The translations under genes and the position numbers were made by a program. From contig CM119383.1 in assembly GCA_051294905.1 (NCBI GenBank), positions 24,738,001 through 24,802,000 of the forward strand: a DNA stretch of 64,000 bases, written 5' to 3'. This DNA comes from Botryllus schlosseri. Lineage: Eukaryota. The notes below the pieces were generated by a model. That model searched no databases. It was not told the DNA's origin and saw only the letters and a program-made list of their open reading frames with translations. Below are positions 23,401-38,400 of the stretch, piece after piece (the stretch's first letter is position 1; the number at the start of each line of letters is the position of its first letter).

Positions 23401-26400
23401 GGCCCGCCAGCCCCTGACCTACTTGAAATGTTCATCCAAATCAGTCAAACTTCCCTGCACGTAATGAGTTTTTGCTCACACCTTGTGACAAGCATTTGTC
23501 TATGACGTTTCAAAGCCTCTCTTACGACCTTCTTGGGTGGCAGTTGATGTATTGAAATGCATTTAATAAAGATGTCGAGACGAATAAGGAGATTTGTGCA
23601 TCAAATCGGTACTGAGAGCATATTTTTCCAGACCATTCACCAGCATTTACCTTACTTTCTGTGTAATACTCTCTATGTTTTACTTCCCCTAAATAATATT
23701 TATATTTTTTAGTACTTACTATTGGTAAAGGGTAAATTACAGTAGTGAAAGTGTTCTTAGTCTTTTTTGGTTTGAGTCTTATGCAATGTTCACTCTAAGC
23801 TGTGCAAATGCGCAGTGCTGACGCGGTCTCTGCCACAGAAAATCTAAGTTGCGCACAAAAAATCCTTTCAATACAACATCCATTGTAGCAGTATATTTAT
23901 TAAACTCGAAGACTTTTCGGGTGCCTCTTTTCAAGAGTTATCGGCACACTAAAGGGATTTAAACAGATTTAAAAGCAAAACCAAAAAGGCAAAGTATGAC
24001 GCAACAATCAAAATCACAGACCATGAAATTCGCATCGTATCAATGGCAACAATAACAAACTACACATACGGTACTATAGTAGCAGCACAATTTGTAAATA
24101 AACAATTACACGCACGGAACAACACGCACTAATGAGAAATTTGTAGGTTATAGAGGAAATCCTTCTGACTGCATAAAATAGGTTTGCTCAACTGAATAAT
24201 AGTAGACTCCAACACTTTTAAATGAAACACAGACCTACCACGCGCAATGACAGTGAACATATTGTCATCATAGTGCTTTGCACAGGCAAGGTTTTCGCTC
24301 AGATGCTGACCGATTGACGAAGCATATGCTTGGTAATCATCATAGCAGTCTGTTTTTGCAGCCAATTTGCACTGACGTGTGAGCTCCGCGCGATCATTTG
24401 CGCATGTTTTTGACCGAATCAATTTTGGGATATGCTGCTTAATACGCTCAAACAATCTTTGAGATGTACGTCCTACATACCTACTATCACAGTGGCACTT
24501 GTATTGGTAAACAACATTACTTGCATCAAAGGCAGAAAGTACATCTTTCAGAAAGTACAAAAAATCCGAAGTGATGACCTTTTTTAGTCGTTATGCACTG
24601 TTCTCTGCGCAGTGAGTTAATGAGTGTGCGCAGACGGCTGCCTTTATTTTGTACATGCAAGCTAATGAAAAGCTAATACAGCTAATTAAGCTAATGAAAA
24701 GCTAATTAAGCTAATGAAAAACTAATTAAGCTAATGAAAAGCTAATTAAGCTAATGAAAAACTAATTAAGCTAATGAAAAGCTAATTAAGCTAATGAAAA
24801 AGTCAGCTAATGGAAAGTAAGCTAATGAAAAGCTAATGAAGCTGCTGGAAAGCTAATTAAGCTAAAAGCTAAAGACGCTAATAACTATGCTGTAGCACGG
24901 GGGACCTTTCGACCCGCCTGGCGGGAGCAGACCTTTTAACGGAGCCCATGCATTTCAAAGGGGAGTTTGGACTTTGAAAATTTTCGAGCTCGCCTATACT
25001 TTAACGTGGGCGACATAACTGCCGCAACTTTGCCACGCGTCACCTACCCCAAAACACGCAGCCCTATGGCAAACCGCCTATACTTGCTCGGATCGCGGGT
25101 CGAAAGGCCCCCGTGCTACAGCATAGTTATTAGCGTCATTAGCTTTTAGCTTCATTAGCTTTTCATTAGCGTACTTTCATTAGCTTAATTAGCTTTCCAT
25201 TAGCTTCATTAGCTTTTAATTAGCTTACTTTCCGTTAGGTTACTTTTTCATTAGCTTAATTAGTGTTTCATTAGCTTAATTAGCTTTTCATTAGCTTGCA
25301 TGTACAAAATAAAGGCACCCGCGCAGACTCGTCAAAAATTAGAGGGAACATTGGTGGTATGGGTAGGAATCACCGGTTCGAGAGTAGGGCAAGCATGGCA
25401 CAGAGCCTACGGGTTAAGAAGCCATGGTTTAGATGATGGTCCTTTGCTATTACCCTGGCGGATTCGTTTTGATGCCGTTCGAATATGAATCATGGAATTC
25501 ACAAATTAATATTATTTCTATTGAATATACCGGTATATATATCCTAGTGACATTATGTCGTAGGGACTGTATTCACCATTCCTGTGACGTATGATAGACA
25601 GGCTTGTTCTATTGCAGGGTAGTGGCGACGATGTCATAAAACTGTACGATTTGAGCACTCTCTGTCAGGGCAGTGGTGGAGACGCACAAGGCAGTCAACA
25701 TCAGAATCCCTACGTGATCTCCGTGGCAATGCTACTATACAAAACTGCCATGAATCTCATGCAGGTAATTGCTATCTGTTGATTGCTTGTGAAACCGACT
25801 GATGCATTGACATACGGCACCCATCTCATTGCACGTTGTAACCATGCTGTGGGTTGATCAAGACTTTACAAATGTGCCATTTCCACGACTGTATTACGTT
25901 TTGTATACCACGATTCGACCAAGAGGAAAATGCTATTATTGAAACCATAATTTTCGTTAATAAAGTAACTGCTAGTGGCATGGAGCGTATCATTTCCATG
26001 CTCGAAAGAATCATCGCTCACCACTCTGTGCGAATCAGTAGAATTACTACTCGATTCAGATTCGAGCACTCGAATCAATGTGGCCAGCTTTGGTAAAAGG
26101 AATTGCGACAGTGTGAGATCATGATAGTGCTTTAGCAGTTCCTTATTTTCAACAGAGCCAGGATTCTTGCAATCATCACAATACCGTCCGCAAATTACTC
26201 CTTCACTGCGTCCAACTCCTGGATCAAACCAAGCACCAGGAAGTGGCCGGTCATGCAGCGTGTCTTCTCTCCTCCCTCTTTCTGCCGCAATTGAAGATTG
26301 GCGCGCATATGGACAGCCAGTCCGAAAGCAAACACGATTGTAAGTTTATTCTCACAGGTTTCGATTGGAATTTCAAGTCACATTCCGCTTGGGCCATGGT

Positions 26401-29400
26401 CTCTGTTCGAAATAGAATATGCGACTCGAGTCATTGTCACAGGTGGTCGGTAACTAAGTTGTTCTACTTTTTCCATGTACTACAAGTAGGTTTTAGCTGT
26501 TCTAGACTAATTGCTCAAGTGGTTATGTTTTTAGTGACTTCCACTTGAACTTTAACAGGTTTTTAGGCCAAGCTCATTACTTTTTTTTGCTTTGGATATT
26601 GTCAAGTAGAAAGTAGATGTGCATACATTACGGTTCTAAGTGAAATTATCATGGTAACAAAATGTATTTTACGAAAATTGCACCTCATTGTCATTGGCCG
26701 TTTTGCGTTGGTAGTGGAGACGCACTTGTCATTTCGAAGACTACCATTTAGAAGTGTGTGACCCATCGACCAATTCTACTTATTGAAACTGCTGACTGGG
26801 GAACTTTCAGATCTTCATTTTATAGTAGAATGCTCGAACAATGAACTGGTACGACTGACATGACATGACATGACATGAGAACTTCAAGGTCAACTGTTCT
26901 GCAAGTTGTTAACTTTTAATTTATTGGCACTGAAACGTTTAAAGGTTTGTTTTGTAGGTTTCCTTTCGCGCTTTTTTTCTTGAAGCTGCCCAATGCCCAT
27001 GCCCATGCTTGGAGATTTTTCTTTCTGCTCAAGTTGACAACAGCAACTGGATGCTATTTGCCACTTTTTTGTGGCTAGCACTGTTGTATGTGCATTTTGC
27101 ATACTGCATGTCCCTTGATATTAGATTTTTCTTTGTATTTGTAGATTCCTATTCTCATCCGAAAGATTGGAAGACTTGTGATACGTGTGCAGCGTATTCC
27201 GAGGCAGGTCAGTGTGCTTGAGTGAGCAATGATGTGACTTCCAGTAGAGCGGGGGATCTCAATCTTGACTAGCCTGTGGAACCCGACGTTGATCTGCAAT
27301 CCATCGGTGTTCCCCAAATTTTCACCTATCATCTCAAAAACAAACACTTCTAATAGTCTACATTACCTTAGAAAACTGGTGCGTAATATGAACTATTCAT
27401 CACCAAAAGAACAAGACCATCAAAACATGATTTTCACATGAAAGGGAACAAGAATATATAAATCAGTGGGGCTTCTGTAGAAGTCGGGTGTGTCTGTTCA
27501 CCTCCACCGAACCCAGGAGACTGGCCCAGCGAACCCTGGTTAAGAACTACTGTATTAGAGCCTTGGACTTTGTTCTTTGCAACAAACTCTCTACTGTTGG
27601 GAGTTGGAAGGAAGTAATGTGTTTCTTATTTCACAGAGATTTGTTATTTTAAATAGGAATGAGTGTAGCCTATTTAGTATGTCTCTGCACAGTGATTCGA
27701 TTGCTCAAATCTGAATCGAGTCCATTCTAATGATTTGAGTCGAGTAGTGAGAGATGGTTGAGCACTAAAATGATACGCTCCTAGCCAAATTTCGATATCA
27801 TTTCGATATCCTTGAAATCGCGGTTGATCATATTGCAGCATACAAAATATGTAGTGTGCGAAGCTATACACGCTAATGAAAATGACATGTTTGCAACATT
27901 CCCATCAACCCACTGCATTGTCACTAAGTGCAGTGAGATTGGTATGGTCGACAAAAATATAAAATTTTAATGTGATGCAGAACTGGCATTATAATGTTTG
28001 TGGTTGCGTAAAAGAACCATATTTTGACTTTCCACATCATTCATCTTGTGACAGCATCATAAATGATACCCGATTCACTCTGCTAATCTAATGTTTACAT
28101 CTATCATACGAAATTTCGCTGAATTACTATTGCGGCCATATTTTCAGAGGAAAGTTTACAAGAACAGAAGGCAAAACACGATAATTGCACCGAGATAGCG
28201 TCCATCTCGAGCGTGTCAGACCTATACTATCCCAAAAAGTTTGTCTCATTATCACCTTCTTCAGAAAGTGAGTCATATTTCCAAACCTCGATTTTCTTGT
28301 ATGTAACCAAACTTATCTGGGTGTTCCCATGTACAGCCTTTGCACCTTTTTGTTTGAGAATTGAATTTTGATAGAAATGTAACACGTTTGATGTCTACAA
28401 TTAAATAATGCATCGATATTGAAATGAACTGAAATAGTTCCCAGCAACTAGTAGAGAATTGGAAAGAACATTGGATATCAACAATCGCGTCTCGTTATGA
28501 ATTTATTTTGTGGATTTCAGGTCATCACTCCCAAGATACCCGTGGCGTGCCGGCAGAAGTAGAAAAGGATTGTCTTGAGTCACTGAGGCACATCGTGATG
28601 GGATTCGACATTTTGTTGGGGGATCCGCAGGTGAATATTACAATACGTTAGCGTCACTGGTGGGCTGTTTCGACCAGGCTGATCATTGATCAACACCTAA
28701 TGCATTGGCCTTTCCATTGGTATTGTAGGAGCCTCCCTAGTGTATGGGTTCTTACACAGTGGGCCGTGAATTGGTTTTAAGGGGTCCATGAAATTGCAAT
28801 GAACTACTCATTTTTTCATGTTATCGCCATATGGGCGTAATATCTGGATGAACAGTGATGATTTCCAATTTGGTGTTTTCATGTATCCTGGCATTCTGTT
28901 GTTGTCCGTGTTAAAATGTTCCACATTCAAAACATATGTTTCAGATTGGATCAGGTAAATGAGGTGACCACAAGGCAGTGGTTCTCACCCTTTTTGTGGA
29001 CCCCAGTATATCAAAGGAGAAAATGCACTTTATTTCCGAAACCCCAACCAAACATCTCCAATCAGCAATATGTTTGTATCGGTGGGCTATTGACAGTTTG
29101 GCAATTAGAATGAGTTAGTGCAGTAGAATATTTTGTGTCCGACGGTCATTCTGTTTATGCGAGTCCTGAAGTTTTAGCAGTTATGAAGCTCTTCTTCGTG
29201 ATTTCTCTAATTAAAAAAAATACAAATTAGGTTATGAAGCATTTTTCAAATTTGGAGGTTTCGCGGACCCCCGATAGAGCATCACTGGCATAAGGCGAAG
29301 CTTGTTGCAATTGATCCGGAAATGGTCAAAGCAGTCATCGTTGGTACACAAGTAAATGCAGAAGCGATCAGGGCTTTGGAGCAGCCGCAAATTTGCATTG

Positions 29401-32400
29401 CTCCAGCTCCGGCTCCGGAGCTTTCTTCTATCATACATTAGCTCCGGCTCCAGCTACGGAGCCGCATTATTACCACTGCTCCGGCTCCGGCTCTGAAAAC
29501 TATCGAAGGTGTCTGTCTATATTAGGGGCGGGCAACCCGCGGGCCATACTTTGCCCACGAGATGGTTTTGAGTAGCCCCCCGAGCTAATTTCCCATTATA
29601 TTATCGAAATTCCCTGTTATATTATTGAAATTGAATTGCTCAGATTGTGAACTTGCAAGGCCAACCAAAAATATGATTAGTCTGGCCGCGACACTTGGGA
29701 TGTTGATGACTAAAATATCAGTTCCGACGCATTGGCAGATCCAGGGTCCGGTCACATTTTTAGAAAATCGTCGTACATTACAATAAACTAAAAAAAGTAG
29801 TAAGATTTTTCTTCACGCATCGCGTGTTTAATTGTCACACGATTTCTTTCTTTGTAGCCTACCCCCACCTGAAAATGAAAAAACGCCTGATTTAGCCGAT
29901 TGAGTCGAACTATATTCGCAATTACGAGAGAAAGTATTTTCGCGTTTGCGCTCGCAGAAAGATCGTCGTCGACGATGAAATGTAGGCACAAAATGATTGT
30001 CGTATATTAGCGGATATCTTCGATATCGATATTTCGAGATGCTGAATACTCCTGTCCTAGCAAACTGAGCCCAGCGGGCGGTATACAGTCGACCCGCAAT
30101 ATACCCAAGTATTAATAATATTACCTTTGAAAATTTCTCGCGCCTGGCGCGGCTAGTGGGCAGCGCACTCGTTTGTCAATTTCATTTGGCCCTTTAGCCG
30201 AAAAGGTTGGCCGCCCCTGGTATATATAGTCTACTAATTTACCCGTAGGTTAGTTGTCTATAGTAATCTAGAGTCTGTCAGCCGTCAGTAACATCGGATG
30301 CTTGAAAACATAGGTGCCGCCGTACCGGCTTGTGACGACATAATGACTACTTGTCAATTGTCGATAACATCATAGTTTCACTAGAACGCTACTCCGTGCC
30401 ATCGCTGTTGTACGGCATTCAAATTATGATGCGGCGTTTTACCACTGGCACTGTACTCGTTAACATTAAGCCATACAGCTCAATTCAATCTTTAAATGTG
30501 CGATTATTATTCAACTGTAACTGTCGTAAAAGTAATATGGTCGGATATAACAACGTGATCAATAGAAATTAGATCTGTATACCAAATGGCTAATGGTTTG
30601 ACGTTTGATATTGGTGCACTCGTTACCAGTCCATCCGGTGTCGGTCGAGTCTATCGAAATATAATATTTTCCCGTTGAAACGAATCGAATAATCGAATTA
30701 AACACTGTGTCATGCACATTGCGCCATGCCCATAACGAATTAAACTATGCAGTATGCACATTGCACATTTACAAGTCACAGTGCGCGATAATCCGGGAAT
30801 ACTAGAGTATCATGCTGACATCAAGAATGAATTTACGAAACGGATGATTACAAATCGTAAATTGCGTTTATTTATATATTGGAAGAAGAAAAAGAGTGGC
30901 GCCTATCACCGTTAAGTCTTGTGCGCCACGACATTGGAAATCGCGTATCAAATCAGTAATTTGTCTCCAACATTAAATACCGTGGGGTTTTGGGCTACTC
31001 TTCTGCCATCCCCCATTTACACTCGAAAATCCTTACTGGAGTGAATGACGATGATGCGCAGTAATGAATCCCACTTAGCATGCATAATTGCATACTCAAT
31101 AACACTGTCCAATTTCGCGTCCCGATTGAAGAACTATCACGAAAGAACGAGTATTTGCTCATCCGATTCATAGCAACGATGAGATGGAATTTCGCGGCTC
31201 GTGCTCTTCATATCGACATGTGCAACGGAATCCCGTTTTTATCCTCTCTCTCATCTCGCGTAATACATAGTGATCATTATTTTCGAACCGTATACCAACA
31301 AGGTTATGCTGATGATGAAATTGCGGATATGCCGAATACCCACAATATTCACAGGCATATTTCGAATACCGAGGTTCGGCACTCATGTATGAAAATTGAA
31401 CATTGAACATATGACTGCTCTGCTCCTGCTCCCCAGGAACATGGTTATTCGGAAAAGGTAGCGCCAAAGAGGAAAAGATTCTTAATTTCTCGAAGGCCTG
31501 CTGTCGAATTATGTGAACTCAGCCGATATGGTGGTTGCATATATAATAGCATCTTATGAAATACGTCGGAGCCGGAGCTACCCCTCAAATAACTGGCTCC
31601 AGCTCCGGGCTCCGGCTCCAAAGCCCTGGAAGCGATGTCAACTATTTCTATCCAATTTCGAGTAGAAGTAGCGATATCCACGGTCTACCAAAACTGGTTC
31701 AAGTGGAAGTAGCAAAGGTCTCAAAAGTACTCTGGTAAGTAGTTTCGAAAAGTAGATTTGGTCGACGATTCGCATACTTTTGAGACAACTAATCAGAGGT
31801 TGGGCACTCTAGAAATTGGAAAATGTATCGCTGCGCAGAACGACTCATTTGATGAGGGTCTCGCGACTATTTTACGCAAAACAGCGGGAGGGCAACTTTT
31901 TCAGCCAAATGCCCACATGAGATTTACGAACCATTGCGCGGGCCACTTGACTGTGGATGACTTCTTTTTAGTCGTCCGACAGGAGTGAACCGAATTAGGT
32001 AACTTTGAGAACAAGACTTGTATTACTACGCTTTTAAATTGATAACAATTATGCCATGAAAACTCTGTAAGCAACTGTGCGGTGTGCATTGATGCACTGG
32101 TCGCGCGAATCGGAAGATTTTTTCAAAGGTAATGAATGAATAGGAATATGTTACTTGCCCTCATTGGGGGTCGCCTCTGTGTACTACTGGGCTCATTTGG
32201 CAAGGGCAGGATTTTCCGGCATTTAGACATAACAATATCGAAGGTTTCGGTGAACATGCCTCTATCATTTTGTGCAAATGTTTCATCGGCGGCGATCTCG
32301 CTGCGAGCACACAAGCATAGTTGCATGTTCGACGCCACGTTATCTCAACTCCGTAAATTGCGCATATTTATAATTTTCGGGAGGGGGCTCCAATACGAAA

Positions 32401-35400
32401 AGCAAGAAATCGAATAACAATAAATCATGAGACATGCTAAGAAAAATTTCAAGTCAAATAAATCTGCTGCGGAATATTCCACATTATGATCATATACGAA
32501 GATCTGTGGTAAATGTGGCTGGCCCTGGTTACGCCAATGCGTCGGACCTGATGTTTTTGTCATCAAATTTTGAGGTCGGACTAATCAAATTTTTGTGTTG
32601 GCCTTGCCATTTTACCTAATGTTATAACTAATTTTGAACCACACAGAACCTTGTCGCGGGCCACGGGTTGGCCGCTCTTGCATAAGAGTGATCAAAACTA
32701 CTTCCTGCTTTCCATATACACAGTGTAAATTGTAAGTAGTAGAACTGTGGAAGTAGTCTGAGACAAAAACCCCTGAGAAAGTAGTGCAAGTTTCCGCTGC
32801 CTACTTGACCACGTTGGAAAAGTGAAAGTGCTCCAATAGTGACCACCTCTTAATTGATTGTGACATTTGCTTACTTATCCAGAATTGGGGCGTGAAATGG
32901 CAAGAGGGATGACACGCCTATGCCCCGTTGGTTGCATCACTGTATCTAGTAATTTTATTACTATTTTTCTGATCGGTTCTCTCCATACTGCTACAACGAC
33001 TGAAAGTTATTTTTTTATTTTTACAAATCAGACAAATGGCAACAAACTGCTCTGCGATTTGACAAAGAACGCTTCTATCGCTTATTTCAAATTGGCAGAA
33101 AAAGCCAACATTGTTGGAAAGCTGGGATCTGCATTGAAGAGATCGAGATTGGCGTTGCGCTGTTGCGGTAAAGATAACTCCCTAAATGGGTCCATACGTG
33201 AAAATTTTTCGTTTGCAATTTCCAAGCGAGCTCCGTTGTATTTTCGTCGTTGAAGGTTCAGACTTGATTATCAGAGATTAGGATTCATTTGAGAGTAAAA
33301 ACCATGGTGTCATCAAATATGACATCACTGGCTCAAAAAATTCTAATAATCTCAAAATGGCACATTGAGCTTAAGCCATCTATTCGGCTCTATTCAAATT
33401 TTCCAAGTCGGTGATGTCAGATTTGGTGATATGACCGCTGATGTACAAAGTTGTTTTGAAATCTCTGCTAGTTGCAAACGATTACCCCTGACGGGTTTCA
33501 TTTACGTTTATTTCATGATGAATTATTCATATTATTCAATTGTATATTGAAATCCTGTACCTCTAAGTGTCTGTTCATATGAATATGACATATTCCTATT
33601 GAAATCGTTTGGATGGAAAATCCAAGATTTCTCCCTACAAATCTCAGAACCCTTAACAAGGTGTGATATTTCCTGAAATTGATTTCAGAGACTCTGGATT
33701 TCCTAAAGAGCCAATCGCAAATCCACGACTCGTCTTCGGTTGAATCGGTGCATGCTCTTGAGCTCGACCTCTTGATGCCAAACCTCCTCTCGCTCTGCGG
33801 CGAAGTGCAATTGAAATTGGTTCATGAGATGAGGTAGGACGGTATGCTCTGAAATTTTATTTGCTATCGGCGATTTCAACGATTAGTTTCACTTCGCCAG
33901 AGGTGGTCAAAATAGTCAGCTATATTGCTACTATATTATATTGCTACAATATATAGCCACTATATTGCAAGTAGTAGTAGCAATTTCCAAGACATGCCAA
34001 AACTACTTTAAAATTATTCAAGATCAGAGTAACCAAGTTGTCTTCTTTTTAATACAAGATTAGCTATTTTCACATTTTTGATATTGAAAATTTAGAAAGT
34101 AGTTTTAAGATGGTTTGTATCACTCTAATGAAAGAAATAGTGATTTCCATTGACTGCTTAAAGTAACTATAAGCTCCTTGAGAAAATCTGCTATGTACAG
34201 CAACTCACACGACACTTTTCATACTTTCCATTTTTACATCCGCACTATGAAGTTTGAGAAGGTAGATTTTCTCGATGGGTCATATAGCTTACTCTCGGCA
34301 GCTAATCAGCGGTGGCTACTACTGTCAATATTGAAAAATGTTACCCTTACGACGAATAACCCGACAATCTTGGAAAATATTTCCAGTTGCGGTGACACAG
34401 TGACCATTCCACCAGGTACTCATGACAAATTGACTCATAAAATTGATACAAACTTATCTCAAAATCGCGTCAACTTTTCAAAATCCAAAACGTGACAAGT
34501 AGTTTGGCCAAGACAATATTCAAGTAGAGTGGAACGTAGTCGAAACTTGACCGCCTGAGCAAGCAGGCAATACCTAGTGCAGTGCTTGAAAAGTACAAGT
34601 GCTTCTTTGCTGATCACCTCTAAGCAGTAGGCACTACCAGTCTATTTGGTTGACGGTCAGGTAGCTACTGCTTTTTTTAGTAGTTCCAGTGCTGGTGGTT
34701 CATTTATAAATGAAATGGGCACCTAACAACTACAAAACAGGTGTCGTCTCACGGCTCTAATCGTGACACCGGTGCTCTGTTGTGTGATATTCTTGCAACC
34801 GTTGCTAGCTCAAGACTTAGTGGTGTAGCTAGAGCAGTGACTCACAAACGTTTTTGGCCTGTGGCACACTTGAAAAACTGATCAACACTCGGGCCACGCT
34901 TACAACACTGTTGCTTTTTGAAATGAACATAATGTGGTAATCCGCAATCCGTCTTGAATTTCAGACAGTCTCATATGTACACAGTTTTAAAATTTAGTCA
35001 GAACAAAGAAGCTATATTCACATTGGCATGAAAGCACGGATGCAAATATCAATAAATTTCTGATAGCTCTTGCAGCTATCATGATGTAGAATTTGAAATG
35101 AGGCGACCATAACTTATCCATTTTTGTGGAAATGGCATTTAAAAAACGGGACATTTCCTATATCAATGAGCTGTTCTTCTGCAGAAAGATTGCTTGATGC
35201 ATTTTCTGTAACGGTAACATATGCTTATTTACCAGCTGTGAAGCAGTTCGAGCACTTTTAGGTCACATATGCATGCCTGCATGTCTTGTTTTAACTATTT
35301 ATGAATATGGGGCGGCACACGGTTTGAGAATCACTGAGCTAGAGGATGGGTTTGTACCAGTCTGCCTCTGAGCTTCACTCCCAACTTACTTTCAGGGCTA

Positions 35401-38400
35401 GCAGCGATCCGAAAATGTCACATTTCGAGGAACTTGACTCTGCCGTTGAGTACGAAGCAGCCATTTTGAAATCCCTCGAAGCGATATTTGGTTCGGGTGA
35501 GTGTTGAATGATATCTTGGGAATGTTCAACGCATACCGGAATATAGTTCAGCGCCTACTTTGCCGTCGAATAGGAGGTCAATACGACCGTATGACTGAAA
35601 TTCATCGGGATATGCTGTGTGCCCTTTCCGTGTGTGCCGAGTGCTATGAAACTGCGTTGGAATTGACTACAAAGATGGAAGTGAAGACGGACCAATCCCT
35701 GAAACCCCCCTCGATGGGTGAGCACTGATTTTCCTGCTATGGAATGTGAAGTACTGCTTTTTAGCAGTGTCATGACTTGACTCAGTGTCTCAGAAATGTG
35801 GATTGAGTCGTGACTCTGAGCAAAATTTACGAGTCAATTTCAAGTCATGAAGTCAGCGACGTCAATTAAAATCACAGCATCTGGCATATGTTCAGACCGT
35901 TCGTGACATGCCGGTGAAACCTGTAGGAACAACCAATCAATCGAAGGCTGCACAGTGCACTTTACAGAGCTTCCATTGCTCTATCGCAATTAAATGGACC
36001 AAAACGAAGTGCTCATATTTATGTGTTTCAACTTTCGGCCGTTTCTTATTCAATTCGCTAATTTTGTTGAAAATGATAGACTGTGGTTATCAGTTGCATA
36101 CCTATTTAAAGCAGTTCTGCGATTGTGTTAGCGATACAACACCTTTTTTAAATATATTTAACGCTATATTCGTTGCTCTGCCCGAAATAAGTGGCGACTG
36201 ACTTAATCTGTATTTCAAACAGCTAACAAAATGAAATGACTCGAGCATCCCTCGTTCTTCGAAAATGCAACGTTGATTGAATAATGACTTGTCTCGTGAC
36301 TTGAGTTGAGTCGCCTCCAAAAAAATCGATCGACTTGACTTGACTCAACTTAAAATGTGCAATGACTTAAGATGACTTGTGACTTCTTCCCAACACTACT
36401 TCTTAGTACTTGAGCACATTTCATGCCTTCATTTTTTACTTTGAAGCAAGTTTCGACTCGTCACAGAAATGACAACTTCTCATCAAGTAAAAAGTCACGG
36501 CATTACTTGTACTGGGTAGAATGCTGACTACTTTGACTACGTCTGACCATTGATGACAAAACTCTTGTATTGAAAAGTAAAAAATCGTTTTTGGATCACT
36601 TTGTAATATGTGTAAAACAGCCCTCGTATCACATTAACTGAATATGTATTCGAAGATGACACCTGTGTCTGGGGTTACTTGTGGCAAAGATGCATCTTTG
36701 ATTCCGTTACAAGTAACCATCTCCGATGAACTGCCAAAAGTATACGAGTCCTCCACCAAATGTACTTGCGTGCTTGTACTTGAGTAGAAAGTGATGGCGT
36801 TCTTTTACTTCTACTTGGGTAACAACGCTCCCTACTATGACCAACTCGGATTGTTTGTCACACCCGAGGAATCCAGCCCCTTGTTGTACCACTGTTAGTA
36901 GCGGTCACTCTGAGCTGGCAATCTCTGCAAGAATATCACACAGCAGAACACCTGTATCATGATTCATGCTGTTGCTGAACGATGACACGTGGTCACTAGT
37001 TGTTGGGCGACTCATTTTTTTAATGCGCAACTAGAACTAAAACTAGCATGAAAATGAAAGGTAGTCAGAGAAGCGTTGTCTGTGCAAGCTAACACGAAAC
37101 TAATACGAGTGTGCTACTGACAGATGGCAAAAGGAGTTCTTCCAGAGACACCAATATCGTATCCTCTTACAACGTGGATTCCACAAATAGGGAAGAGTTC
37201 AAGACTACAATCATTCGTCGCAATGGACACGTCCTCAATGAATTGGGAGCGTGCATGTTGAATCGGGTTGTTGAAAAACTCAACACTGCGGAAAGTGAGT
37301 GGCTATTGTCATTAACACCTGCGGTGTCAGTGGTTAGCAGGTGGGAGCTGTTTGGCCATGTCCGAAAAGTGACTAGACATTGTGATGTGCAGCTCATTTT
37401 CTTCTCTTTGCATCAGGCAGACTTGGCCAACTGGATAATTGTAAACTAATTTGAGCGAAATGCCACTAATCTAATTTGTCAAAGGCTGCTATGCTTTCAT
37501 TTCAATTCTAATCCGATTTCTGTTTTTCAAATGCTGTAGGAGAACTGGGTAGCATGAAACGAGTCTAGTTTTGTATGCAGTAGGGTTGCCTTGCTCAGAA
37601 ATAACTCTTTTCCCAGAAATCCACGGATTAAATTGTTGGGTTGCGTGCCAAATTTGGCTCAACTCCAATCCAATTGAAATTTATAATTTATATAATTTAT
37701 AATTTTTCAAAAATGTGCTGTCGACCATTTGAAATTGTTGGGTTGTCTACTAAGACGATGCAAAGAAATTTGACGCAATTCCAGCCCGCAGGAGCGAAGT
37801 TATTTGAGTTTTTCATCAATATTGCCCTCCATTCAATGCTACTTTTTCAAATCCAAAACTTTTAACTACAATAACTTCGCTTTTACCAGTAGGAAATGAG
37901 TCATTTTTGTGCATCGTTTTTTCAGGCAACTTAACAATTCCGCAGGGTTCACAGTTAAATTTGGAAAAAGATATTTAAATTTTTTTATGAATTAACAATT
38001 TCGATTGGTTCTGCCGCGGTTTGTGCCTGTTGAAATTGAGCCAAATTTGGTGTGCAGCGTTTTTTTTAGACAACCTAACCCATTAATTAGTGAATCTGCG
38101 GAATCTGAGAAAAAGGTGTTTTTTAATGCCGTTTTTTAGTGCCGTTCTTGTGCTTATGAGACTAAAATGTGATTTACTATCAACTGGACTTAATTTCTGT
38201 TCGGTTCCTTTCCAAGTTTTTTGGAATTCAAATTGTATTCTGGCTTGGAAAAGCTGAGGAGCTCTACTTGTAGTTCCTAATCTAATTTGGAAATGGTGAA
38301 AATTGACTCTCGCATTTAGGTGACATGTCTCCATCATATTTGTCGAGTACTTCGAGGCAGAAAACAGTTTTATGGGTCATCAAATTTTATGACCTTTCTC

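Larger units (their letters stand above)
23784..25353 (+). mobile_element. CAATGTTCCCTCTAA-family MITE expanded by two nested insertions
   Basis: Colinear with 11094-11287 once inserts are removed; diverged TSD GTCTTATG / GTGGTATG. Confidence 0.85.
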
